From an uncultured Haloferula sp. (GTDB taxonomy: Bacteria; Verrucomicrobiota; Verrucomicrobiia; Verrucomicrobiales; Akkermansiaceae): a DNA stretch of 64,000 nucleotides. Below the pieces are notes generated by a model. The model was not told the DNA's origin. It made no database searches and saw only the letters and a list, made by a program, of their open reading frames with translations. The stretch's first letter is position 1. Each line of letters begins with the position of its first letter. This document shows, in pieces, positions 18,264 through 27,800 of the stretch. The stretch spans positions 32,001 through 96,000 of the forward strand of contig CBFGTS010000009.1 of the NCBI GenBank assembly GCA_965652295.1. The letters run 5' to 3'. The translations under genes were made by a program, and so were the position numbers.

Positions 18264-19058
18264 TTATTTGAAAGTAAGCTCAAAGCGGGCTTCGCCGTTG
18301 GGGTCCTTCTCAGGTTGGTGGATCCAGTTCACGCTCATGCTCTGGTATGCGCGCTTTTCGCCGCCGGTCCAGATCTCGAAATGCCCGCCGGGGCCGGCGA
18401 TCATGTCGAGGCGTCCCTCGTAGGACTCCATGTCGATCCGAACCGCCGAGAAGCCGTCCTGCGTGAACTCATCGCCATCGACCATGTCCCAACCATCGAG
18501 CTTCTCCTTTTCGCCGCCGACGCGGATGAAATCGTAGCGATCGTCGCCGGTTTTATCCTCTAGCTTGTCCTCGTCCTTCTCGCGGTAGTGCAGGTTGGGC
18601 ATCTTCGCCCTGACGCCGAACCTGAGCTTTTCACCCGCGAGCGTCCCCTCCTCCACCAACCGCCCGCCCATGCGGATGGTGGCGCCATCGATTTCGATGG
18701 CGACCTCGAAGACCGCGCCACCGGTGACGGTCCCTCGGTAGGAGATCTTTTCCGCCTCGTCGCTGGCCTCGGTTTGCGCCGCCCAGCCGTTCATCTCGAT
18801 CTTTTTGGTAATGGGGCCGCGGCCTTCGCGCACGACCTCGATCACGGGGGTGAGTCGGATCCAGTTCTTGTTATAGATCGTCTCGTCGCGATTCTTCATC
18901 GGCATGAGATAGGCCTCACCCTCGCGATTGACGCCGAAGCGGAATTTCCTCGTCTCGTACCCGGCGAACCACCCGGTCCAAGGCTTGTCATCGAGCTGCG
19001 GAAGCATGTCGGCGTGGGCCAGACTGGCGAGGAGTAGCGAAAACACCGCGATCTTCAT
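18264..19058 (-). CDS. Hypothetical exported protein
   Basis: Signal peptide MKIAVFSLLLASLAHA; beta-rich 264-aa ORF with typical codon usage. Confidence 0.75.
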   Translation of the reverse strand: MKIAVFSLLLASLAHADMLPQLDDKPWTGWFAGYETRKFRFGVNREGEAYLMPMKNRDETIYNKNWIRLTPVIEVVREGRGPITKKIEMNGWAAQTEASDEAEKISYRGTVTGGAVFEVAIEIDGATIRMGGRLVEEGTLAGEKLRFGVRAKMPNLHYREKDEDKLEDKTGDDRYDFIRVGGEKEKLDGWDMVDGDEFTQDGFSAVRIDMESYEGRLDMIAGPGGHFEIWTGGEKRAYQSMSVNWIHQPEKDPNGEARFELTFK

Positions 19059-19150
19059 TCCGGCCAATCAAGTGCAGATGGCATGCCGTGGCCAGCCCTG
19101 AGTCGAAGCTATGCCTTGGACGGGCGTGGCGACTTTGCCACACTCGCCGC

Positions 19151-19438
19151 ATGACTGCCGACAAGCTGGCGCGAGCCGCCGCACTCCCTTCTGGCATCTC
19201 CTCCGCTGCCCGGGCGCTGTGGCTGGCGCGAAACGGGAGCTGGGACTCAGCTCACGATCTCTGCCAGGAAATCGCGGGCGCGGAGGGTGCCTGGATCCAC
19301 GCCTGGCTGCATCGGCAGGAGGGCGACTACGCCAACGCCTGCTACTGGTATGCCCGTGCCGGAAAACCGGCGTCGGCAGAGGACGCGCCGCTTGATGAAG
19401 AGTGGCAGGAAATCGCCCGTGAAGTCTGCGGCGGCTGA
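19151..19438 (+). CDS. Conserved small hypothetical protein
   Basis: W..AH...Q......AW.HA.LHR.EGD..NA.YWY..AG motif of a widespread uncharacterised family. Confidence 0.8.
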   Translation: MTADKLARAAALPSGISSAARALWLARNGSWDSAHDLCQEIAGAEGAWIHAWLHRQEGDYANACYWYARAGKPASAEDAPLDEEWQEIAREVCGG

Positions 19439-19444
19439 CGGCGT

Positions 19445-19870
19445 TCACTCAAAGAACCCGTGCCCCTTTTCCAGCTCGCGGCGGTTGCGCTTCGTGGGCC
19501 TCCCTTGGTCGCCCTCCTTGCGGGTCGAGCGGGCCTCCCGCCACAACCGGCGGCTTTCCTCCACGTCCGGCGGCGTCAGCTCCTCGCAGGCGTCGCGGGC
19601 CTGAGGGGCAGCCACGCGGCGATCAATCAGCGCCAGCACCTTCACCACGCGGGTCCCCGGCCCTTCGGGAAACGGAAGTTCGATCGTTTCACCGCCTCGC
19701 AGCATGCTTGAGGCTTTCATTTCCCTGCCCTCGCATTTCACCCGCCCGCTCTGACATGCCCGAGCGGCGATTCCCCGGGTTTTGAACAGCCGGACGGCCC
19801 ACATCCACTTGTCGAGACGCACGCTTTCCACGCCGGAAGGCTCTTCCGAAACCCGCTGGCGCTCAAGCAC
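19445..19870 (-). CDS. hslR: Ribosome-associated heat shock protein Hsp15 (S4 domain)
   Basis: VRLDKWMWAVRLFKTR..A...C..G.V and C-terminal GRPTKRNRR. Confidence 0.9.
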   Translation of the reverse strand: MLERQRVSEEPSGVESVRLDKWMWAVRLFKTRGIAARACQSGRVKCEGREMKASSMLRGGETIELPFPEGPGTRVVKVLALIDRRVAAPQARDACEELTPPDVEESRRLWREARSTRKEGDQGRPTKRNRRELEKGHGFFE

Positions 19871-20012
19871 CTCCTTTCCCCGCTCCTACCTGCTGATAAG
19901 AACCCATTCTTTAATGTCCCGCAGAACGCTTGCGGGCCGCGCGGGAATCTCCTTACATCCGCCTTCGACCCGGACCTCCGGCTCGTTTCGCAAACCTAAA
20001 ACTCAACCAACC

Positions 20013-21893
20013 ATGGAGACCCTCGATTGGATTGTCATCGCCGCCTACTTCGGCCTCATCGGATACATCGCCTGGTGGTACGGCCGCCAACAGAAGGACA
20101 CCACCGACTTCTTCCTCGCCGGCCGGAACGCCGGCTGGATCACGATCGGCGCCTCGATCTTCACCTCGAACATCGGCTCGGAGCACATCGTCGGCCTCGC
20201 GGGTCAGGGTGCCGCCACCGGCATGGCCATGGCGCACTGGGAACTCCACGCCTGGGTGCTCATCATGCTCGCCGGACTATTCGTCCCGTTCTACTACAAG
20301 TCGGGGGTCGAAACGATTCCGCAGTTCCTTGAGAAACGCTTCAATGCCCGCGCCCGCTGGGTGCTTTCGGTCGTTTCGCTCGTCGCCTACATCTTCACCA
20401 AGGTCAGCGTCACCGTCTACGCCGGCGCGATCGTCTTCAAGGCCCTCCTCCCCGAGGTGAACCTGACCATCGGCGGCATCTTCCTCGACGCCTTCTGGAT
20501 CGGTGCCTTCACCACGGTGATCATCACCGGCCTCTACACGGTCTTCGGCGGCATGCGCGCCATCATGGCCACCTCCACACCTCAGGCGATCGTGATCCTC
20601 TTCGGCTCCGCCGTCATCACCTCCATCGGCCTCGCCCGCCTCGGCGGTGGCGAGGGCATCGGTGCCGGCTGGACGGAAATGGTCACCGCCGCCAAGGGCA
20701 ACGCCGACAACTTCGCTCTCTGGCGCCCGCTCTCCGACCCGGACTTCCCGTGGCTCGGCGTGCTCATCGCCTCTCCGATCATCGGCATCTGGTACTGGTG
20801 TACCGACCAATACATCGTCCAGCGGACCCTTACCGCCAAAGACCTCGCAACCGCCCGCCGCGGTGCCCTCTTCGGCGGTCTGCTCAAGGTCTGGCCCGTG
20901 CTGATTTTCCTGATTCCCGGCATGATCGGTTGGACGCTCGACAAGAACTTCAACCGCGGTGCCGCCGACCCGATGGCCCAGCAAACCTTCCCCACCGACC
21001 TTTCGAAGGAAGAGGAAACCATGGCGGAACTCGCCCTGAACTCCCGCCTCCGCGAACTGAACGACACGGTGAACGACAACGGAGAGAAGGGCTTCTTCAT
21101 CCAGCGCGAACTCCGGGACACCAAGATCGATGGCGAAACGGTCAAGGCCTTCACCATCCAGGGCGACCAGGTTTTCCCGACGCTCGTGACCTCGCTGCTG
21201 CCGACCGGTGTCCGTGGCCTGATCGTCGCCTGTCTTCTGGCCGCGCTGATGAGTTCGCTCGCCTCGCTTTTCAACTCCAGCGCCGCGCTCTTCACCGTGG
21301 ACATCTACGAGAAGCTCCGTCCGGGCAAATCACAGAAGCACCTGCTGACCGTCGGCCGCGTCGCCACCGTGGTGGTCGTGGGCGTCGGCATGATCTGGAT
21401 TCCGGTCATGGCCAAGGTCTCCGACGGCGGCCTCTACCAGTATCTCCAGAGCGTGCAAGGCTACCTTGCTCCGCCGATCACCGCCGTGTTCCTGCTCGGC
21501 CTGTTCTGGAAACGCACCAACGCCGCCGGTGCCGTCGCCGCGCTGGTGGTCGGCTTCTTGCTCGGCATGATCAAGCTGACGCTCCAGTCGTTCTTCGGCG
21601 CGGCAGAAGGTAAGATGAGCGACCCCGCCTTCCTCGCGGCCATCGGTGACTTCAACTTCCTCTACGCCACCGGCGTGCTGATGCTGATCAGCGTGGTCGT
21701 CATGATCGTCGTTTCGCTCATGACCCCGCCACCGACCGAAGATCAAACCCGCGGCCTCACCTACGGCTCGATCCACCACCTGGCCGAGGACGAAATCAAA
21801 GGCAGTTGGAATCTTGGCAACAAGGTGCTCGTCGGCCTGATCCTGCTCCTCGTCGGAGGCATGTATCTCTACTTCAGCTTCTGGCTGAAGTAA
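20013..21893 (+). CDS. Sodium:solute symporter (SGLT-like sugar transporter)
   Basis: FFLAGR, SNIGSEH.VGLAG, YTVFGG, WYWCTDQYIVQR, LAALMSSL.S.FNS...FTVDIY. Confidence 0.95.
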   Translation: METLDWIVIAAYFGLIGYIAWWYGRQQKDTTDFFLAGRNAGWITIGASIFTSNIGSEHIVGLAGQGAATGMAMAHWELHAWVLIMLAGLFVPFYYKSGVETIPQFLEKRFNARARWVLSVVSLVAYIFTKVSVTVYAGAIVFKALLPEVNLTIGGIFLDAFWIGAFTTVIITGLYTVFGGMRAIMATSTPQAIVILFGSAVITSIGLARLGGGEGIGAGWTEMVTAAKGNADNFALWRPLSDPDFPWLGVLIASPIIGIWYWCTDQYIVQRTLTAKDLATARRGALFGGLLKVWPVLIFLIPGMIGWTLDKNFNRGAADPMAQQTFPTDLSKEEETMAELALNSRLRELNDTVNDNGEKGFFIQRELRDTKIDGETVKAFTIQGDQVFPTLVTSLLPTGVRGLIVACLLAALMSSLASLFNSSAALFTVDIYEKLRPGKSQKHLLTVGRVATVVVVGVGMIWIPVMAKVSDGGLYQYLQSVQGYLAPPITAVFLLGLFWKRTNAAGAVAALVVGFLLGMIKLTLQSFFGAAEGKMSDPAFLAAIGDFNFLYATGVLMLISVVVMIVVSLMTPPPTEDQTRGLTYGSIHHLAEDEIKGSWNLGNKVLVGLILLLVGGMYLYFSFWLK

Positions 21894-21920
21894 TTGGGCT
21901 TCGCGATTTCCGAACCTCCC

Positions 21921-21956
21921 AGAGCCGGTCCATCTCGGACCGGCTCTTTTCGTTTT
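21921..21956 (+). terminator. Rho-independent terminator
   Basis: AGAGCCGGTCC-atctc-GGACCGGCTCT followed by TTTCGTTTT. Confidence 0.85.
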
Positions 21957-21988
21957 GCAGACGGGCTCTCCCGGTTAGCGTGGCCATC

Positions 21989-23149
21989 ATGAAAACCCTG
22001 CCCGCCTTGATGTTCGCCACCTCGCTCGCCTCCGCCAGCCCCACTCTGGACTCCGTTACCCGGACGGTCGCCGAGGCACTTGAAACCTGGGAAGTCGCGG
22101 GTGCTGTGACGCTCGTTTCCGAAAACGGCGAAATCCGCCACCTCGCCGCGCAGGGCTATGCGGATATTGAAAACGAGAAACCGGTCGCCGAGGACACGCT
22201 GTTCTGGATCGCCTCCATGACCAAACCGGTGACCGCCGCCGCCGTGATGCAGCAGGTCGAGGCCGGGAAGATCGATCTCGACGCCCCGGTCTCCGACTAC
22301 CTCCCCGCATTCAAGGAACTCAAGGGGCCCGACGGCAAACCCGCGAGCGTGACGCTCAAGCAATGCCTCACCCACACCAGCGGACTGGCCGACCTGGAGC
22401 CGGGAGAAGGCGCGGACCTCCGCACCTTGAAGGAACTCATCCCGCTGGTGGTTTCCAAGCCGCTCAATTTCACCCCCGGCTCGAAATGGCAATACTGCCA
22501 GTCGAGCATCAACACCGCCGCACGAGTCGTCGAAGTCGTCGCAGGGCAGACGTTCCCCGGCTACCTGCACGAGCATTTCTTCAAGCCGCTCGGGATGGAC
22601 GACACTTCGTTTTACCCCACCGAGAAGCAGGCGGAACGGCTCGCCACCTCCTATGCCAAACAAGAAAACGGAGAACTCAAGCCCGCCGTCCTGCGCTTCC
22701 TCTACGGACAACCTGTGACCTCGCGGAACCGCTATCCGCTGGCCAATGGCGGGCTGTTTTCGACCGCCCGCGACTACCACCGCTTCTGCCTCATGCTCCT
22801 TGGAAACGGCGAGTTCGAAGGCCAACGCTATCTCAAGCCGGAGAGCGTTGCAATGATGTCATCGATACAGACGGATGACCTCGAAACCGGCTTCACCCCC
22901 GGCAACGGCTGGGGAATCGGTTGCTGCGTGGTGAAGCAGCCCCAAGGCATCACCGCCGCCCTTTCGCCCGGTTCCTATGGCCATGGCGGTGCCTACGGCA
23001 CCCAGGCATGGATCGATCCAGTGAAGAAACGCATCTATCTCCTGATGGTCCAGCGGGCCAATTTCCCGAACTCCGATGGTTCGAACCTCCGCCGCGATTT
23101 CCAGAACGCCGCCGCCAAGGCTTTGGATTCTTCACGCGAAGGCGATTGA
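21989..23149 (+). CDS. Serine hydrolase, beta-lactamase/family VIII esterase-like, exported
   Basis: Signal peptide; SxxK (ASMTK), LTHTSG, PG..W.Y, GGLFST, GHGGA.GT..WIDP. Confidence 0.9.
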   Translation: MKTLPALMFATSLASASPTLDSVTRTVAEALETWEVAGAVTLVSENGEIRHLAAQGYADIENEKPVAEDTLFWIASMTKPVTAAAVMQQVEAGKIDLDAPVSDYLPAFKELKGPDGKPASVTLKQCLTHTSGLADLEPGEGADLRTLKELIPLVVSKPLNFTPGSKWQYCQSSINTAARVVEVVAGQTFPGYLHEHFFKPLGMDDTSFYPTEKQAERLATSYAKQENGELKPAVLRFLYGQPVTSRNRYPLANGGLFSTARDYHRFCLMLLGNGEFEGQRYLKPESVAMMSSIQTDDLETGFTPGNGWGIGCCVVKQPQGITAALSPGSYGHGGAYGTQAWIDPVKKRIYLLMVQRANFPNSDGSNLRRDFQNAAAKALDSSREGD

Positions 23150-23195
23150 CACCCCCTGCATATCCGCGGATTCCAAAGGGGCGCTCTTCCCGCCT

Positions 23196-24635
23196 ATGGC
23201 TTTTCATCGCTCATCTTCCCCCGGCCCGCTTCGCCCTTTTCTCGTCTCACTCGCTTTCGGTGTCGCTCCGGCATTCGGCATCGTCGATACCAACAACAAC
23301 GGCCTCAGCGACCTTTGGGAAAAGCAATTCAACTGGGGCTCGCTCTTTCCCGCATCCTTCCAAGCGGGAGATGATACCGATGGCGACGGCTGGACCAACG
23401 CCCAGGAAGCCGAGGCCGGAACCAATCCGAAGAACATCAAACCGCCCTACGGCATTGTCCGGCCGGCCATCACCTTCAGCCCGGGCAACTGGCCCCGGAT
23501 CTCCTGGCCCCGCGTGACCGGCAAACATTATCAGGTCGAAAAGTGGACCTCTGCCTCCGACCAGTGGACCCTTTGCAGCGAAACCATTCAGATCTCCGGA
23601 AACACCTGTTTCAGTGAAATCGCCCCGGCGCTCGATGGACAGGGCCGGCAGATGCCGATGTTCCTGCGCGTCATCATTCAGGATCAGGACGGCGACAACG
23701 ACACGCTGACCGACGCCGAAGAAGCCGCGCTGGGCACCCGCCCCGACCTCGCCGATACGGATCTCGATGGCCTCAAGGACCACGAGGACAACTTCCCTCT
23801 CGCCAACAATGTCCTCGCCGACCCCGATGGACAAGGCCTCGACGCCAGCCTCGATACCGGCTTGATCGGGCGCTGGGACTGCGAATCCATCAACACCTAT
23901 CCCACCGGCAAAGGCGTGGGCGATTCCGCACCGGATGGCGTGGTCCACAACGCGGTCTCGGATGAGGACACCCTGACGATCGACACCACCGGCATGATCT
24001 CGAAGGGCGTGAGGTTCAATGACTGGGACGATTCCCTGGGCGCACCGGGATCCCTCTTCAGCAACCGCGTGTCGTTCTCCTTCTCCATGTGGTTCCAGTG
24101 CGAATCGAACACCATCCAGAACCGTGGTGCGCTGGTGAACCTGGTGGCACTCAATACCCAGTTCTCCAGCTATCCTCCGCTGATGATCATGGTCCAGCGG
24201 GCACCTTCTTCGGTCGCGCCCCAGACGATCATCGCCGCGGGATATCCTGCCCAGTCCGGTGGTGCATCGATCATGTGGACGGGCGAAATGATCGCCGGGC
24301 TTCGATTGGACGACGGCCGGTTCCATCATTTCTCCCTCGTGAAATCCGGAACCACCGCAGCGGTCTACATTGATGGAAATCTCGCGGCGACCGGCAGCGT
24401 CCCCAACCACTACACGTCGACCGCCAACGGCTACTTCAGCATCGGCAAGGCCGTCCCTGTGGCCATCCCCCAGACCTCCACCTTCCTCGGCAGTTTTGAC
24501 CGCATGCGTTTCTACTCCCGGGCTTTGACGGGACTTGAGGTGAAAAAACTCTACGGTCAAGACAGCGACCGCGACGGCCAGTCGGACATCGTTGAAATCA
24601 ACTCCGGCCGCAACCCCGCCCTCTGGGGCCAGTGA
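23196..24635 (+). CDS. Exported LamG-domain protein with DxDxDG (TSP3-like) repeats
   Basis: Signal peptide, DTNNNGLSDLWE, DTDGDGWTN..E..AGT.P repeats, GLIGRW...FSFSMW...DDG.FHH...YIDG...FD..RFY.RAL LamG pattern. Confidence 0.82.
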   Translation: MAFHRSSSPGPLRPFLVSLAFGVAPAFGIVDTNNNGLSDLWEKQFNWGSLFPASFQAGDDTDGDGWTNAQEAEAGTNPKNIKPPYGIVRPAITFSPGNWPRISWPRVTGKHYQVEKWTSASDQWTLCSETIQISGNTCFSEIAPALDGQGRQMPMFLRVIIQDQDGDNDTLTDAEEAALGTRPDLADTDLDGLKDHEDNFPLANNVLADPDGQGLDASLDTGLIGRWDCESINTYPTGKGVGDSAPDGVVHNAVSDEDTLTIDTTGMISKGVRFNDWDDSLGAPGSLFSNRVSFSFSMWFQCESNTIQNRGALVNLVALNTQFSSYPPLMIMVQRAPSSVAPQTIIAAGYPAQSGGASIMWTGEMIAGLRLDDGRFHHFSLVKSGTTAAVYIDGNLAATGSVPNHYTSTANGYFSIGKAVPVAIPQTSTFLGSFDRMRFYSRALTGLEVKKLYGQDSDRDGQSDIVEINSGRNPALWGQ

Positions 24636-24680
24636 TCTCCTCACGGAGAGCGGCTTTGTCGGCCACTCACCGTGCCCCCT

Positions 24681-24815
24681 TAGACTGCTGCGATTCATCG
24701 CAGCTTTCCCCCCGGGATCTCAGTCCCTTTCCCGGACGCCGTCGATTCATCGCCTACGCAAAGCGATGATAAATCCCCGCACTCCCAAAGCTGCGCCCGG
24801 GATGAATCGCCCCCG
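24681..24815. repeat. Degenerate REP-like palindrome cluster between convergent genes
   Basis: GCTGCGAT-tc-ATCGCAGC-TTT (24687-24707). GATTCATC recurs at ~24744 and, inverted (GATGAATC), at ~24801. AAAGCG...CGCACTCC at 24760-24786. Confidence 0.6.
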
Positions 24816-24837
24816 GCGCCATGGATCAAGCAACCAC

Positions 24838-27800
24838 CTAACGGCGGCGCACCTCCATCATGTAGAAATACTTCGGGCGACCATCGAACGGGAAGATGAA
24901 CTCGATCGGCGTGCCATCCCCCGGAATGGGCCCACCCTCCTCAACGACTTCCCAGTCGGATTCGTTAAGGGTTTCCGAGCCAAGCACACAATACTCATGC
25001 CCAAGGACCGTGTTTGGCACGAGCATTCGAAAGGATTCGCCTTCGGCGACCGAAACATCGAGCTGAAGCTCATCCGGAGAAATCGGATCCGACGGCACCG
25101 CGCGGGCTTCGTTCGATGCGTCGCTTCGCTCGAGGGGATTTCCGGCGCGAACGATGTAAAAATACGCCGTGCCCGCGTTCAGGCCGGACGTGTCGATGAA
25201 GTTCGGGGAAAGCAGCCCGGTGGCGAGCGGCAGGTAGGGCCCTCCGGTGGTGAGCGAACGCTCCACGCGGTAGCTCGCCGCATTCGGGCTTGCCTCCCAG
25301 GCGAGGTCGATTCTGGAGGCCGAGACCGGCGTGGCGAACAAACCGGACGGTGCCGCCAGCGGCCCTAGCAGAAAGAGCTGGTTCACCGCCTCATCGCCGA
25401 GGGCAGCAGGATAGATTCGGAAGTCGTCCACCCGGCCGTCCAGATTGGCATCAGCGACATATTGGGAGCGTCCAATCCAGTTCTGATTCGTGCTGCCCAA
25501 GTCAGAGGGCTTGAGCGCGATGCCGCCACTACCGACGGCCACGCCGTTCACGTAAAGGATCCCGATCGAGTCAGCCAAGGTTACGGCCACGTGCGTCCAC
25601 TCGCCGGAGGGAAGCGGTCCGGGGCCGTCGATCACCTGTTCACCAGCGCCGGTTGTGATGGCGAAACGGACGGCATTGGTAGCCGAGTTCCGCGGGGTCA
25701 GGAACATATAGTTGGAAATGCCGCTGCCAAAGTCGAACACACGCGACCAGCTCGGCACCGCCTCCAACTCGACCCAGGCCGAAATCGTGCATTCATCCAA
25801 GTCGGCGAGGACGCCGTTCGGAAGTTCGACGTGGGCGGCCGCGCCGTCGAGCTCGACCGCTCCGCCATATTTTCCATCGCTCCAGGAGGCACCGCCGGCA
25901 AGGGCCGCGTCCCACCCGTTGCCCGACGCATCCATGGCCGAGGTGCCACCGCCGTCGTCGAACTTGAGATGCAGTTCCGGGCGCGCTTCGCGGTCGAACA
26001 CCACCGTCGTCACCGAGGAAACCGGCAGGGTCAGCGAGCCGCCGGTCAGCTCGCCCACCGACACGTAGGCATCGGCCTCGGTCGATTGGTGGACGGCGGA
26101 AAAGGCGGGGTCGAATCCCTCGATGTCCATCGCGACCTCAGCCGACGAGGTCTCGCTGCGATTGATGAAAACCGCGACGAGTCGCTTGCCGTCGGGGGAG
26201 CGGTAGGCCGAAGGCAGGACGTTCGGATCGGTCGACTGGCTGGCGACCCTCTGGAATCCGGGGCGGATGTGATAGGAGAAGTGTTTCACCGACCAGTAGG
26301 CCGGGTTCAACCAGTAGCCGTCCTCGGTCGTCCAATTTCCGGGGTTGAAGGGGTTTTCGATTTCGACCAGTCCGATTTCCCCCGGCCAGATCAGGCTCCA
26401 GTGGTTGTAGCCGCTCACGCCCTCGACCGCCATCAGGTTGTGGATCAGATTGGCGCATTCGATCAGGCCCTTGATGTCGCCGAACTCGGTCATGAACCTC
26501 GGTTTCTCTGGCACCACCCCGGCGATCGTCTGGAAAACAGGCTTGTAGCCGTCGGCCGAGCCGTCGGTGCTGCCGCCGTAGAGGTGATGGGCCGTCCCAT
26601 CGTAATGGGCGGGGTTCATGGAGGCGATGTAGTCGCGGTAGGCCCCGGCGTTCCCGTAAAGTCCGACGCATCCCGGGCCGAGAAGTTTCGGTGGCGAGGA
26701 CATGCTGGCCTCAAGCTCGGTGTGGACAGCCTCCAGGGCCAAGGCGTAGCTGGCGAAACTCGCCCCGTTCCAAGGTGCTTCCGTCGGATTGAAACGACAG
26801 GAATCGTAGTCCGCCGTCCAGTCCGGTTCGTTCTGAATGCTGACCCATGTCGGCACGATGCCGTGGCTGGCGTAGTCCTCCAGCGAGTCGCGCCAATAGT
26901 CAGCGAAGCCCTGATAATCGTAGTTCCCGCTGACCTGAACGAGGGTTCCGCCGTTGCCGACCTCGCCATTGCTCTTCAGATAGGCCGGCGGCGACCACGA
27001 ACTCATGAGAATCGGCAGGGAGTTGCCCAGACGCTCGTGGGCCTCGGACACAATCTCGTAGGTCTCCGTGTCCTGACCATCCGTGCCACGCCACCAGTTG
27101 CCGAGCCGGAGCATCGAAATGTTCAAGCCCGAGAATGCGTGATCCGCGATCTCCTCCCACGCCGGGTGGGCCGGAAACCAGCCGTTGTAGAAGCACACCG
27201 CCCCGCCGATGCCCTCGATCGTTTGGAACGTCGTCCCTGCATCGATGGTCGCGGCCACGGGGCGCGGCGTATCCGGGCCGTAGCCGTCGAGTTGCTCCAC
27301 GGAGAACGACACCCCGGCTTGTCCGAAGGCGAACTTGTCGATCTCCAGGCCATCCTCGCGCGCTCCGATTTCGAACACCTGTGTCAACGCATCCGCAGGG
27401 ACGCCGAAAGTCACGCCGGATTCGGGGTCATTGTAGCGGGATAGATTGACCCATTTCAAAACCCCGCCCGCCGCCGGGCCGCCGCTGCCGACCACGTCGC
27501 CGGGAGCGGTGAATCCAGTGGCGTTCGCCAGCCCGTTGACCGTGATCCACGCGTCGCCGAGCGTGGGCGATTTCATCCCGAAGCCGCTGCCGTAAAAGAA
27601 GCTGTCGTTCGAGTAGGCATCGGGCTCGCCGACCCGGACTCGGGCGTAGAGTTCGTAGTCGCCGGCAGCGGGAAAAGTCACACTATAGCTGGCGGTTCGG
27701 TTGGCCGAGTCGGGCTGGGTACCGGTGGACGTGGTTCCGATCGTGATGCCCGGAGCACCTCCGCTGGCCGACGCCGACCAATCGCTTCCGAGGTTGCCCG

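Noticed and set aside
21989..23149. Antibiotic-resistance beta-lactamase
   Set aside because: Motifs (LTHTSG, GHGG, WIDP) fit the broad serine hydrolase/esterase family; resistance cannot be inferred.
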